From: an uncultured Clostridium sp.
GTDB taxonomy: Bacteria; Bacillota; Clostridia; Clostridiales; Clostridiaceae
Direction of reading: 5' to 3'
DNA length: 64,000 nt
Assembly: GCA_900539375.1 (NCBI GenBank)
Contig: UQBY01000006.1
Span: 47,722 to 111,721, forward strand
Shown here: positions 17,055 through 27,454 of the stretch, in pieces
Layout: each line of letters begins with the position of its first letter
Position numbering within the stretch: the stretch's first letter is position 1
The notes under the pieces: model-generated
What the model saw: the letters and a program-made list of their open reading frames with translations, nothing else
The model's database searches: none
What the model was told of the DNA's origin: nothing
Made by a program: the position numbers and the translations under genes

Positions 17055-18230
17055 TTATTCTTCTATATTACTTTTACTTACATCAATATTATTTATTATC
17101 ATCAAATAAAAATAAACCATATATATTAATGTTAAAAATAAACTTGTAGTTTCAGCTATTCCATTATAAGTATATGGAATAATATATACTGCTAAAAATG
17201 TTAGTAATATAATAAACTTTTTATTAATTATAAGCTTTATAATTGGAATTAAAAAAGTAATTAAGATTATTAATATAGTAATTAACCATCCATAATCAAA
17301 AGCAAACATTAATATGGGATTTTCAAAATTTAATGTTCCAAATAAATAAATGGTAATATAATTAGAATATCCTATTCCTCCTCCAAGTAAAAAACTTGGA
17401 TAAACTTCATAAAACATTATTTCTCTAATACCTAATAAACGCCCATTAGTTATATCCCCGTAACCAGATGCATATTCAAATTTTTGCCAAATTTTTTCAT
17501 TAAAATAATTAGAATTTATAAACAACATTATTGCTAGTGGTATTAAAATAAACTTAATAAATCTATTTTTTATACATTTAAATGCATAAATTAAACATAG
17601 AATAATTGATATAAACATTGCAACTCTTCCTGTAGTAAAAATAACACCTATAAGTGTAATTGCAATATCTTTTATAATATATATATCTTTTTTAGGTTTT
17701 ACATATATTGAATATATCATATTTAATGAAACAAATATTATATAATACCATGCAGCTGTTAAAGAGTGTCCAACAATTCCTGATAAACGAATATCAAAAC
17801 TAGCCAACTTAAAAGCTGTATATAAAGAATATATAAGTGATATATACATAAATATATTTAAAATCTTAACACACTTACTAATTATATATTTTATATCTAA
17901 ATTCCTAGAATTAATTATCAATAACAACATAGGCATAAAAATAGTAAAGTTTTCTCTTATAAATGTTGCTGTATCTATATCATTTATAAAAAAACTCAAA
18001 ATTCCAAAGAAAAATATTATTATATCAACAAATATGTTAACTTTATTTCTATCACCTTCAACAATTAAAATATATATAATAAATATAAATGATTCTATTG
18101 TATAATTGAATATACTTGTTGAAAGCATATTATTTAAAATTCCTCTAATACCTTGACTAAACACAACAGTTAATATAAATAATATTACTCTTCTGTCTTC
18201 TTTTTTATAATCCTTTAAACTTGTATCCAT
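17055..18230 (-). CDS. Polytopic membrane protein, O-antigen/EPS polymerase (Wzy) or ligase-like
   Basis: 391 aa with about 10 predicted TM helices, sited between GTs and the chain-length/kinase module. There is no clear motif beyond context and topology. Confidence 0.6.
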   Translation of the reverse strand: MDTSLKDYKKEDRRVILFILTVVFSQGIRGILNNMLSTSIFNYTIESFIFIIYILIVEGDRNKVNIFVDIIIFFFGILSFFINDIDTATFIRENFTIFMPMLLLIINSRNLDIKYIISKCVKILNIFMYISLIYSLYTAFKLASFDIRLSGIVGHSLTAAWYYIIFVSLNMIYSIYVKPKKDIYIIKDIAITLIGVIFTTGRVAMFISIILCLIYAFKCIKNRFIKFILIPLAIMLFINSNYFNEKIWQKFEYASGYGDITNGRLLGIREIMFYEVYPSFLLGGGIGYSNYITIYLFGTLNFENPILMFAFDYGWLITILIILITFLIPIIKLIINKKFIILLTFLAVYIIPYTYNGIAETTSLFLTLIYMVYFYLMIINNIDVSKSNIEE

Positions 18231-18257
18231 TTTCTAATAATATCCTTCTTAACATTT

Positions 18258-19022
18258 TTATTTATTTCTCCAAAAAAAGTATTTTTTCTTTGGAGTAATA
18301 ATACTAGGATTTTGTATTTCTTTATCCTTTAACATATCTTCAGCATTTTCAAAAAATAGTTTAGTATTTATATATTTTTTCTTATCTATTATTTTTATTG
18401 CTTTACTTAATCCTGTAGTCCTTTTTATGTTATCATGAGCATCTGACCCAATAAATGAATATATGTTGTTTTTTAACAAAGTTTCTGCTGTTTTCTCTAC
18501 TTTCTTACCAAATTGTCCACAAATACTTCCAGCATTCATCTGAAATAATAATCCTTCTCTTACATAGTCATTTATTACACAAGGATTATTTATAACTGGA
18601 ATATACCTTTCTGGATGAGCTAGTATTATCTTTATTCCTTTTAATTGCAATTCATATATCATATCTAATGTATCACTTTCAAATTCTCTTAATGGAAGTT
18701 CCACTAACATATATTTTGTATCATTTATTGTTCCTATTTTATTTTCTTCATATTGTTCAACTATATATTTAGACATATATACTTCTTGTCCACAAAATAA
18801 TTCTAAATCTATATGATTTTCTTTTATTATTTGTCTTAAATTTTCTACTCTCTTAATAATTTCACCAAAAGGAACTTCTGCATAATTAATACAATAATGA
18901 GGTGTTGCTACTATTTTCTTTGTTCCATCTTGTACTGCATTTTTTAACATGTCTAATGTCATATCTAAGTTTTTAGCTCCATCATCTGTATCAAATAAGA
19001 TATGGGAATGAATATCTATCAC
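18258..19022 (-). CDS. PHP-family protein-tyrosine phosphatase (CpsB/YwqE type)
   Basis: MIDIHSHILFDTDDGAK...ATPHY...ILAHPERY...GSDAHD metal-binding histidine motifs. Confidence 0.9.
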   Translation of the reverse strand: MIDIHSHILFDTDDGAKNLDMTLDMLKNAVQDGTKKIVATPHYCINYAEVPFGEIIKRVENLRQIIKENHIDLELFCGQEVYMSKYIVEQYEENKIGTINDTKYMLVELPLREFESDTLDMIYELQLKGIKIILAHPERYIPVINNPCVINDYVREGLLFQMNAGSICGQFGKKVEKTAETLLKNNIYSFIGSDAHDNIKRTTGLSKAIKIIDKKKYINTKLFFENAEDMLKDKEIQNPSIITPKKKYFFWRNK

Positions 19023-19028
19023 ATTTAT

Positions 19029-19694
19029 CTACCTACTCTCTTCTTTAGATCCATAATAGTAATAGTGTTTTTCAGAATTATTTTCAGCACCATTTAAAAC
19101 TACTCCAAGAATTTTTGCATTTACTTGATTTAGAAGTTCTTTTGCTTGCAATATAGCCTCTCTTTTAGTTAAACCAGCTCTTATTACAAGTAATGTTCCA
19201 TCAACCTTATTAGAAATAATTTGTGCATCTGTTACTGCTTGTAATGGTGCTGAATCTATTATTATAATATCATACATAGTTTTTAATTTTTCTAATAACA
19301 TAGTCATAGCATTAGAAGCTAATATTTCAGATGGATTTGGTGGTATCTTTCCTGAAGTAAGGATATCAAAATTATCTCTGTAATTGTACATAGCTTTTTC
19401 TAAATCACTATTTCCTACTATAACATCAGAAAGTCCTTTAAAATTTGACAACTTAAACATTTTATGTAATGCTGGTTTTCTTAAATCGCAATCTATTACT
19501 AATACTTTCTTATCTTGTTGTGCAAATGATAATGCTAAATTTCCTGCAATAGTTGACTTTCCTTCACCTGGAATAGTACTGGTAACAAGAATAGTTTTTA
19601 TTTCTTTATCAAAAGAAGAATATTGTATATTAGTTCTTAATGTTTTATATGCTTCTGCTGATATAGATTTAGAATTCTTTTCCACTATAAGCAA
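19029..19694 (-). CDS. BY-kinase catalytic subunit (CpsD/CapB/YwqD-type tyrosine autokinase)
   Basis: Walker A STIPGEGKST, Walker A' VLVIDCDLRKP, Walker B IIIIDSAP, and a C-terminal tyrosine cluster EKHYYYYGSKE. Confidence 0.9.
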   Translation of the reverse strand: MLIVEKNSKSISAEAYKTLRTNIQYSSFDKEIKTILVTSTIPGEGKSTIAGNLALSFAQQDKKVLVIDCDLRKPALHKMFKLSNFKGLSDVIVGNSDLEKAMYNYRDNFDILTSGKIPPNPSEILASNAMTMLLEKLKTMYDIIIIDSAPLQAVTDAQIISNKVDGTLLVIRAGLTKREAILQAKELLNQVNAKILGVVLNGAENNSEKHYYYYGSKEESR

Positions 19695-19708
19695 TTTTGT
19701 TCACCTCT

Positions 19709-20383
19709 TTAATTTATTTTTTCATTTGGAATAACTCCTATAACAGTTAAACCAATAAATTCTTCTACATCTTCTTTAGTTTTTATTGTTGTGTCAATAT
19801 ATTCTAAAATTAATGCTATGGCTATCCCTAACATAAATCCACTAAAAATTCCAATTGAAATATTTAACTTTTTGTTTGGAGTAACTGGATATTTAGGCAA
19901 ACGTACACTTTCTACAACTTGAACATTTGCATTTGTTATTAGACTTTCTGACTTTTTTATAAATTCTTCTGTTATAGCTTCTACTACATCTCTTGCTTCT
20001 TCTTTGTTAGTGCTAGTGTACTTTACTTCCATTATTTGAGTATTTGTTGTTGTTATAACTTCCAATTTAGATATTACTGATTCAGAAGATAAATTTATTC
20101 CCTTTTCTTCTAAGGCACTTGATACTAAATCATTTGTTTTTACTATACTAGCATATGTCTTTAATAAGTTTTGGTACATTTGAATATCATTATTATTGTA
20201 TTTTTCATCAGTGCTACTTTCTTTACCTATAAAAAGCTTTGTTGATGCTTGATATTTAGGTGCTATAATAAAAAATGTTGCAATCAAAGAAATTATTGTA
20301 GTTATCATTGTACATATAGCTATCAATTGCCATCTCTTTTTTATAGAATTCAGTATACTTTTTAATTTTTTAAGGTCATTCAT
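19709..20383 (-). CDS. Wzz/CpsC-type chain-length determinant / BY-kinase transmembrane modulator
   Basis: 224 aa with an N-terminal TM (LIAICTMITTIISLIATFFII), a periplasmic-type segment and a C-terminal TM. It lies directly upstream of the kinase. Confidence 0.8.
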   Translation of the reverse strand: MNDLKKLKSILNSIKKRWQLIAICTMITTIISLIATFFIIAPKYQASTKLFIGKESSTDEKYNNNDIQMYQNLLKTYASIVKTNDLVSSALEEKGINLSSESVISKLEVITTTNTQIMEVKYTSTNKEEARDVVEAITEEFIKKSESLITNANVQVVESVRLPKYPVTPNKKLNISIGIFSGFMLGIAIALILEYIDTTIKTKEDVEEFIGLTVIGVIPNEKIN

Positions 20384-20426
20384 AATTTATTTCCTCCAAA
20401 ATTTACAATATGTAAATATACATTGT

Positions 20427-22037
20427 TTATTCATAAGTATTGTCTTTTCCAAATCCTGATAATATAATATCTTTGTTATGATCTAATGCCCAACTTATTC
20501 CCCAGTCATTTTGGAATATTAATAAATTCCTATCTTTAAGATCTTTAACTTTCTTTGTATCTGAAGTAAGGTTTAATGTTTCAGGATCTAAATTTTCATT
20601 TTCAATCCATCTTACATATCTATAAGGTAATCTTTCCATTTTTATATCTACATTATATTCACTTTTTAATCTGTATTCTAAAACTTCAAATTGAAGTACA
20701 CCAACAACTCCAACTATTATCTCTTCCATTCCTATGTGGAGTTCTTTAAATACTTGTATTGCTCCTTCTTGTGCTATTTGAGTTACTCCCTTTACAAATT
20801 GCTTTCTCTTCATTGTATCTACTGGTCTAACTCTTGCAAAATGTTCTGGTGCAAAGGCTGGTATTCCTTCAAATTTAAACTTTTTAGCTGGCATACATAA
20901 TGTATCCCCTATTGAGAATATTCCTGGGTCAAACACCCCAATAATATCTCCTGCATATGCTTCTTCAACAATTTCTCTATCCTGTGCCATAAATTGTTGA
21001 GGTTGAGAAAGTTTTATTTTCTTTCCTCCTCCTTGCATATGAACAACTTCCATTCCCTTTTCAAACTTACCTGAACAAATTCTCATAAATGCAATTCTAT
21101 CTCTGTGAGCTTTATTCATATTTGCTTGAATTTTAAATACAAAAGCTGAAAAGTTTTTGTCAAAAGGATCAATTTCTCCTATATTTGAATTTCTTGGAAG
21201 TGGAGCTGTTGTCATTTCTAAGAAATGTTCAAGGAAGGGCTCTACACCAAAGTTTGTTAAGGCTGAACCAAAGAATACTGGAGTTAATTCTCCTGCTCTT
21301 ACTTTTTCTACATCAAATTCATCTCCTGCTATATCTAAAAGCTCTATATCTTCCATAAGCTTATCATGAAGTGATTCTCCTAAGATTTCTCTAAATCTTT
21401 CATCATCAACACTTCCTTCAATAGCTGAAGCTTCATTTTGACCATGATTTCCACCATTAAAGGCTATTATTCTATTGTTATCTCTTTCATATACACCTTT
21501 AAAGTCTTTGCCAGAACCTATTGGCCAGTTCATAGGGTATGTTTTTATTCCTAATTCATTTTCTATTTCTTCTAATAATTCAAAAGGATCTCTTGCTTCT
21601 CTATCCATCTTATTTATAAAAGTAAATATAGGAATTTCTCTTAAAGCACATACTTGGAATAATTTTCTTGTTTGGTCTTCTACACCCTTTGCTGCATCTA
21701 CAACCATTACTGCAGAATCTGCTGCCATAAGGGTTCTATATGTATCTTCTGAGAAATCTTGGTGTCCTGGTGTATCTAGTATGTTTATACAATGTCCTGC
21801 ATAATTAAACTGCATAACTGATGAAGTTACAGAAATACCTCTTTGCTTTTCTATTTCCATCCAATCAGATACAGCATGCTTTGAAGCTTTTCTTGCTTTT
21901 ACAGAACCTGCAAGTCTTATTGCTCCTCCATATAATAAGAACTTTTCTGTTAATGTAGTTTTACCTGCATCAGGGTGAGATATAATCGCAAAAGTTCTTC
22001 TTTTTTCTATCTCTATTTTATAGTCTGACAAGGTCAA
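20427..22037 (-). CDS. prfC: Peptide chain release factor 3
   Basis: 536 aa. RRTFAIISHPDAGKTTLTEK (G1), DTPGHQDF (G3), NKMD (G4), with the typical RF3 length and N-terminus. Confidence 0.92.
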   Translation of the reverse strand: MTLSDYKIEIEKRRTFAIISHPDAGKTTLTEKFLLYGGAIRLAGSVKARKASKHAVSDWMEIEKQRGISVTSSVMQFNYAGHCINILDTPGHQDFSEDTYRTLMAADSAVMVVDAAKGVEDQTRKLFQVCALREIPIFTFINKMDREARDPFELLEEIENELGIKTYPMNWPIGSGKDFKGVYERDNNRIIAFNGGNHGQNEASAIEGSVDDERFREILGESLHDKLMEDIELLDIAGDEFDVEKVRAGELTPVFFGSALTNFGVEPFLEHFLEMTTAPLPRNSNIGEIDPFDKNFSAFVFKIQANMNKAHRDRIAFMRICSGKFEKGMEVVHMQGGGKKIKLSQPQQFMAQDREIVEEAYAGDIIGVFDPGIFSIGDTLCMPAKKFKFEGIPAFAPEHFARVRPVDTMKRKQFVKGVTQIAQEGAIQVFKELHIGMEEIIVGVVGVLQFEVLEYRLKSEYNVDIKMERLPYRYVRWIENENLDPETLNLTSDTKKVKDLKDRNLLIFQNDWGISWALDHNKDIILSGFGKDNTYE

Positions 22038-22372
22038 TCCTCCTCATTTTTAATATTCATATTTTTTTACACATATCCTGTATTATATCATATAAAGTAT
22101 ATATATAACATTATTTATTTCTTATTATTAGGCTCTAATAGAATAATATTTCATATAATTCCCCACCTGTAATATATTATACAAGAAATCTATTTAAAAC
22201 AAATATATTTTATTAGGTTTTAGTAAATTTATTGCAACAGGTCAAAGCCTATTTTTATTTATGTTTTCTTACAGTACTTAAATTATACCCTATATAAATT
22301 TCTATCTCAACTTTATTTTTTCATATTTTAAGTATAATTCATTATTTTGTAAAAACTTTCATTTGTAACTTT

Positions 22373-23671
22373 TTATGAAAAAAACTTTGTAAAAGCTTTT
22401 ATTGTATATTCATTATCCTTAACTGATGCTAACTCTCTAATAGAATGCATTCCTATTATTGCTGCACCCATGTCTATTACAGGTATTGACAAATCTGCTG
22501 ATGTAATTGGACCTATTGTAGTCCCTCCTCTTACATCTGACCTATTAACAAATTTTTGATAAGGAACTTTTATCTCCTTACATATACCTTGAAATATTGC
22601 TGAAGCATAACTATCTGTTGAATAACTTCCTGAAGCAGCTATTTTTATTACTGGTCCTCTTCCTAAAACTGGTCTATTAGTTGGGTCATGCTTTTCTACT
22701 TGATTAGGATGAACTGCATGTGCTAAATCCGCTGATATCATTACTGACTTAGCTATTGTCCTAAAAAATTCTTCTTTATTTTTTCCTAAGGATAAAGTTA
22801 TTCTTTCTAATATATTTTTTAGTAATGATGACCTTGCTCCTTGAGATGTTAAGCTGCCAATTTCTTCATTATCAACACAAACCATAACTTTAGTTGCCTT
22901 ATTTTGTTTGCTTTCAAGAAGGGCTTTAACTCCTGAAAAAACCATCCATAAATCATCTAGTCTTGAAGCTGAAATCATTTCTTCATTTAATCCTAAAACA
23001 CAGCCCTTTTCATGTTCATAAAGGAATAAATCAAAATCTAAAATATCTTCTTTTTCTACTTTTAATTGATTTTTTATTATTTCTAAAATTCCTGTTTTTT
23101 CTTTATTTCCTTCAAGATTTTCATTTATAAATCCCAAAAGAGGAAGAGTATCCTTTTGTTTATTAATAGCATATCCTTCATTAACATTTCTGTTCATATG
23201 TATAGCTAAATTAGGAATAACTAATAAAGGTTTGTTTATATTTATTAATTTTGTTAAAGGCTTAAAGGGTGTTTCTCCTTTTAAAGTTACTCTTCCTGCT
23301 AAAGATAATGGTCTATCAAACCAAGTGTTTAAAATTGGTCCTCCATATACTTCTGTATTTAGCTTTACATATTTATTTTCAATAACCATTTCAGGAGCTG
23401 GTTTAACTTTAAAAGAAGGTGAATCAGTATGAGCACCTATTAATCTAAAGCCTTCCTCTTCTATTTCTCCAGTTCCTATTTCAAAAGCTATTATTGCAGA
23501 ATCATTTTTTATTACATAGCATTTATCTCCTTTATTAAGCTTCCATGTATCACTTTCCTTTAATTCCTTAAAGCCCTTTTCATCTAACATCTTTTTTACA
23601 GTATTTGTAGCATGATAAGAAGTAGGGCTTTCATTTATAAATTCTAATAACTCATTAGCTAAATCATTCAT
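22373..23671 (-). CDS. M18 family (aspartyl) aminopeptidase
   Basis: 432 aa. FINESPTSYHA, IGAHTDSPSFKVK, VDNEEIGS and GMHS motifs of M18/M42-fold aminopeptidases. Confidence 0.85.
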   Translation of the reverse strand: MNDLANELLEFINESPTSYHATNTVKKMLDEKGFKELKESDTWKLNKGDKCYVIKNDSAIIAFEIGTGEIEEEGFRLIGAHTDSPSFKVKPAPEMVIENKYVKLNTEVYGGPILNTWFDRPLSLAGRVTLKGETPFKPLTKLININKPLLVIPNLAIHMNRNVNEGYAINKQKDTLPLLGFINENLEGNKEKTGILEIIKNQLKVEKEDILDFDLFLYEHEKGCVLGLNEEMISASRLDDLWMVFSGVKALLESKQNKATKVMVCVDNEEIGSLTSQGARSSLLKNILERITLSLGKNKEEFFRTIAKSVMISADLAHAVHPNQVEKHDPTNRPVLGRGPVIKIAASGSYSTDSYASAIFQGICKEIKVPYQKFVNRSDVRGGTTIGPITSADLSIPVIDMGAAIIGMHSIRELASVKDNEYTIKAFTKFFS

Positions 23672-23836
23672 TTAATTTTCCTCCAAACTTTAATTATCTA
23701 TAATTATAACACAACAGTATATAGTATTTCTCTTTGTAAATTATTCTTATTTTTTAACTTATTGTATTCTATTTGATTAATATACATATTTATTATAAAA
23801 TTAACTTATTCTATATTTAAGGAGTGTTTAAATTTT

Positions 23837-25018
23837 ATGTTTTCAAAATTTCTTGTATATAAATTCATTAAAAATAGTGAAGATATATCTAATGAAAAAG
23901 TTAGAGGTAAATATATCTTCCTTGGAGGAATTGTAGGAATACTTTCTAATCTTCTCCTTTTTCTTATAAAACTTTCTGTTGGACTTATTACTTCTAGTAT
24001 AGCTATAATGGCAGATGCCTTTAATAATTTATCTGATGCTGGCTCTTCAATAATAACTATTGTAGGATTTAAGCTTTCAGATAAACCAGCTGATGCTGAG
24101 CATCCCTTTGGACATGGTAGAATGGAATACATTTCTGCTTTAATTGTTTCATTTATGGTAATGCTTGTTGGTTTTGAATTTGTTAAATCATCTGTTGAAA
24201 GAATTTTTAATCCTATAAAAATAGAATTTGAAACTATTCCATTTGTACTTCTTTTAATCTCAATTTTAATAAAATTATGGCTTTCACATTTTAATAAATT
24301 TATAGGAAATAAAATAGATTCTTCTGCTTTAAAGGCTGCATCAACTGATGCTTTAGGAGATGTTTTTACTTCTTCTTCTGTTGCTATATCATTTTTAGTA
24401 TCAAAGTTTACATCATTTCCTATTGATGGATACTTAGGTGCATTAGTAGCCTTATTTATACTTTATTCTGGATTTAGTTTAACAAAAGAAACTTTAAATC
24501 CTTTGCTTGGAGAAGCTCCAGACCCAGAGCTTGTACAAAAAATTAAAAATATGGTTTTAAGTTATGATAAAATAACAGGAGTTCATGATTTAATAATACA
24601 TAACTATGGTCCTTGTAGATGTATGGCTTCTATACATGCAGAAGTTCCAAGTAATATTTCTATAATGGAAATTCATGAAATAATAGACAAAGCAGAACGT
24701 GAAATTTCTGAAAAACTTAAAATTTATTTAGTAATTCATATGGACCCTATTGCTATTGATGATAAAGAAGTAAAAAAAGATTATGATATGATTTGTGATA
24801 TAATAAAACAAGATGAACGCATTAAATCTATTCACGACTTTAGAGTAGTTGGAAAAGGTGATGTTAAAAATCTTTTATTTGATATAGTAATTGACTCAGA
24901 AAAAATGTTTAAAACCATGACAAAACGAGAAACCCTTGTGGCAAATATAAATAAAGCTGTAAAAGAAAATCATCCTAAATATAATTGCATTATAACTGTG
25001 GATAATGATTACCTATAA
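23837..25018 (+). CDS. Cation diffusion facilitator (CDF) family transporter
   Basis: AIMADAFNNLSDAGSSIIT...PADAEHPFGHGRMEYISAL, six TM helices and a C-terminal cytoplasmic domain (HDLIIHNYG...HAEV). Confidence 0.85.
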   Translation: MFSKFLVYKFIKNSEDISNEKVRGKYIFLGGIVGILSNLLLFLIKLSVGLITSSIAIMADAFNNLSDAGSSIITIVGFKLSDKPADAEHPFGHGRMEYISALIVSFMVMLVGFEFVKSSVERIFNPIKIEFETIPFVLLLISILIKLWLSHFNKFIGNKIDSSALKAASTDALGDVFTSSSVAISFLVSKFTSFPIDGYLGALVALFILYSGFSLTKETLNPLLGEAPDPELVQKIKNMVLSYDKITGVHDLIIHNYGPCRCMASIHAEVPSNISIMEIHEIIDKAEREISEKLKIYLVIHMDPIAIDDKEVKKDYDMICDIIKQDERIKSIHDFRVVGKGDVKNLLFDIVIDSEKMFKTMTKRETLVANINKAVKENHPKYNCIITVDNDYL

Positions 25019-25028
25019 TTTTCCCTAT

Positions 25029-25070
25029 AAAAAAAGCTATCACACCTTGAAAAAATGTGATAGTCTTTTT
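25029..25070. terminator. Bidirectional terminator between convergent genes
   Basis: ctatcaca / tgtgatag hairpin flanked by an A-run (left) and a T-run (right). Confidence 0.65.
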
Positions 25071-25086
25071 CATTTTAACTTTATTA

Positions 25087-25809
25087 TTAAAGAACCTTAG
25101 ATAAGAAATCCTTTGTTCTATCATTTTTAGGATTATTTAAAACCTCTTCTGGAGTTCCTTCTTCAAGGATTTTTCCTCCATCAATAAATAATATTCTATC
25201 TCCTACTTCTCTAGCAAAGCCAATTTCATGAGTTACAACAACCATTGTCATTCCTTTTTTAGCTAAGTCCTTCATAACATTTAAAACTTCTCCAACCATT
25301 TCTGGGTCAAGAGCAGAGGTAGGTTCATCAAATAATAAAACATCTGGTTCCATTGCAAGAGACCTAGCTATTGCTATTCTTTGTTTTTGTCCTCCTGATA
25401 AAGAAGCTGGATAAGCATCTTTTTTATCTTCTAGTCCAATAAGTTTTAAAAGCTCTATTGCCTTTTTATTTGCATCTTCAACCTTTACTCCCTTAACCTT
25501 TATAGGAGCTAAAGTTATATTTTCTAAAACTGTTTTATGTGGGAATAAATTAAAATGTTGAAAAACCATTCCCATTTTTTCTCTTGTTTTATTTATATCA
25601 ATTTTCTTATCAGTAATATTTTTTCCTTCAAATATTATTTCTCCAGAGGTTGGCTCTTCTAATAAGTTAAGGCATCTTAAGAATGTAGATTTTCCTGAAC
25701 CTGAAGGTCCTATTATTACAACAACCTCACCTTTTTTTATATGCTCATTAATTCCATTTAAAACATTATTCTTTCCATAACTTTTCTTTAAATCCTTAAC
25801 GTGAATCAC
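25087..25809 (-). CDS. Polar amino-acid ABC transporter ATP-binding protein (GlnQ-like)
   Basis: [30 protein letters not shown]; 240 aa. Confidence 0.9.
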   Translation of the reverse strand: MIHVKDLKKSYGKNNVLNGINEHIKKGEVVVIIGPSGSGKSTFLRCLNLLEEPTSGEIIFEGKNITDKKIDINKTREKMGMVFQHFNLFPHKTVLENITLAPIKVKGVKVEDANKKAIELLKLIGLEDKKDAYPASLSGGQKQRIAIARSLAMEPDVLLFDEPTSALDPEMVGEVLNVMKDLAKKGMTMVVVTHEIGFAREVGDRILFIDGGKILEEGTPEEVLNNPKNDRTKDFLSKVL

Positions 25810-27280
25810 TAGCCTTCATCCTCCTTTCAAAATATCCCATAAGTCTTCCTAAACTGAAGGTTAATATAAAGTAAAGTACTGCAGATACTGCTAAAGGTTC
25901 TATACTCATAAAGGTTGCCCCAGTAACTATATTAGCAGCAAACATTAACTCTCCAACACCTATAACTGATGCCATTGAAGATTCTTTTATTACAGCAACA
26001 AATTCATTACCTATAGCAGGTAAAATATTTTTAACAGCTTGAGGAATTATAATTTCTTTCATAGCTAAAGCCTTAGACATACCAAGACTTCTTGCTGCTT
26101 CCATTTGTCCCTTATCTACAGCTTCAATTCCTGCTCTTACTATTTCTGATACATAAGCTGCTGAGTTTAGAGAAATTGCTATTACAGCTGATAAAAAGGC
26201 TGTTATATCTAAACCTAACACCATTTTAGAACCAGAATAAACAAGCATTATTTGTAAAAGCATTGGAGTTCCTCTTATTATTTCTATATAAATATTAGCT
26301 ATCCACTTTAAAGGCTTTATTCCAAATATAGATAATTGAGAGCTTTTCATAAAGAAAAGAATTGCTCCAAGTATTGTTCCTAAAAATACTGTAATTAAAG
26401 AAATTTCTAATGTTATCTTTAATCCACTAAGAAATACACTTGAATATTTAGTTAAAAAGCTTTGGTCTTGATTTTCAGCAGATAATTCATTAGCTTTTAC
26501 TATAAAATCATCCATTTCTCCACTTTCTTTTAATCTCTTAATAGTACTATTTACCTTTTCTCTTAATTCATCATTGCCTTTTCTAATACCAACTGCATTA
26601 CCTGTATCATCAGTTTCTATCTTTATATCTGATAAAACTAATTCCGGATTATTTTTTATAGCTGAACTTACAACAGGTGCTTCTGTAACTAAAGCATCTA
26701 TTTTTTCAGTTTTTAATTCTAATACTAACTTTGGAACCTTAGAAAGTATTTGTAAATCACTATATTTAATATTCTCTTCAACAAAATCTTGTTGAGTGGT
26801 ACCTAGTTGTACACCTATCTTTTTTCCATCTAAATCAGATAAATTTTTATATTTATCTTTTTCATCTGCTCTTACTAAAACTGAATGTTGTGATTGATAA
26901 TAAATATCAGAAAAATCAATTTCCTTTTTTCTTTCTTCTGTTGGATTCATTCCTGATATTATAAGGTCTATTTGACCTGCTTTAAGTGCTGTAATCAAGT
27001 TATTAAACTCCATTTCCTTAATAACAAGGTCACAATTCATATCCTTTGCTATTTCTTTAGCAAGGTCTACATCAAAACCAACAACTGTGTCTTTTCCATC
27101 TATCATAGCATGGAACTCATAGGGTGCATAATCTGCACTAAGACCTACAATAAGTTTGTCTTTGTTTGATGATGCTTCTTCAGATTCATTTTTTGTACTT
27201 TTCCCACAAGCTACCATTGATATAGTAAGTAATAATGCGATAGCTATTGTAATAAATTTCTTAAAATAAATTTTCTTCAA
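25796..27280 (-). CDS. Fused amino-acid ABC substrate-binding lipoprotein + permease
   Basis: ORF track 25796..27313. I moved the start to the TTG preceded by GGAGGA, giving (M)[26 protein letters not shown] with a lipobox. The N-half is a family-3 SBP ([14 protein letters not shown]..., [10 protein letters not shown]). The C-half is a His/Glu/Gln/Arg-type permease (EAARSLGMS...IIPQA). Confidence 0.8.
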   Translation of the reverse strand: MKKIYFKKFITIAIALLLTISMVACGKSTKNESEEASSNKDKLIVGLSADYAPYEFHAMIDGKDTVVGFDVDLAKEIAKDMNCDLVIKEMEFNNLITALKAGQIDLIISGMNPTEERKKEIDFSDIYYQSQHSVLVRADEKDKYKNLSDLDGKKIGVQLGTTQQDFVEENIKYSDLQILSKVPKLVLELKTEKIDALVTEAPVVSSAIKNNPELVLSDIKIETDDTGNAVGIRKGNDELREKVNSTIKRLKESGEMDDFIVKANELSAENQDQSFLTKYSSVFLSGLKITLEISLITVFLGTILGAILFFMKSSQLSIFGIKPLKWIANIYIEIIRGTPMLLQIMLVYSGSKMVLGLDITAFLSAVIAISLNSAAYVSEIVRAGIEAVDKGQMEAARSLGMSKALAMKEIIIPQAVKNILPAIGNEFVAVIKESSMASVIGVGELMFAANIVTGATFMSIEPLAVSAVLYFILTFSLGRLMGYFERRMKASDSR

Positions 27281-27454
27281 CTTTCTTCCTCCTACTTTAA
27301 AATAACATATCAATTATACATTAAAAAGCATACTTATTCATAGTGTATTTAAAATTTTGTTGAATTTTATTTATTCATTTATATCATTATTTTATTTTTA
27401 AACATATAATATAATAACTGAATTTATAAATTTATAAGGAGCTGATTAATATTT

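Noticed and set aside
20384-20426. Possible promoter or regulatory element in the 43-bp gap between prfC and the wzz-like gene.
   Set aside because: The gap is too short and featureless to support a call. Co-transcription or a promoter inside prfC cannot be distinguished from sequence alone.
22038-22372. 335-bp AT-rich spacer between prfC and the aminopeptidase gene, inspected for a riboswitch, T-box, sRNA or small ORF.
   Set aside because: I found no conserved leader motif, no convincing hairpin with a T-run, and no ORF with an RBS.
23806-24132. 108-aa minus-strand ORF overlapping the 5' end of the CDF transporter gene.
   Set aside because: It is antisense to a well-supported CDS, has no RBS, and gives a low-complexity translation.
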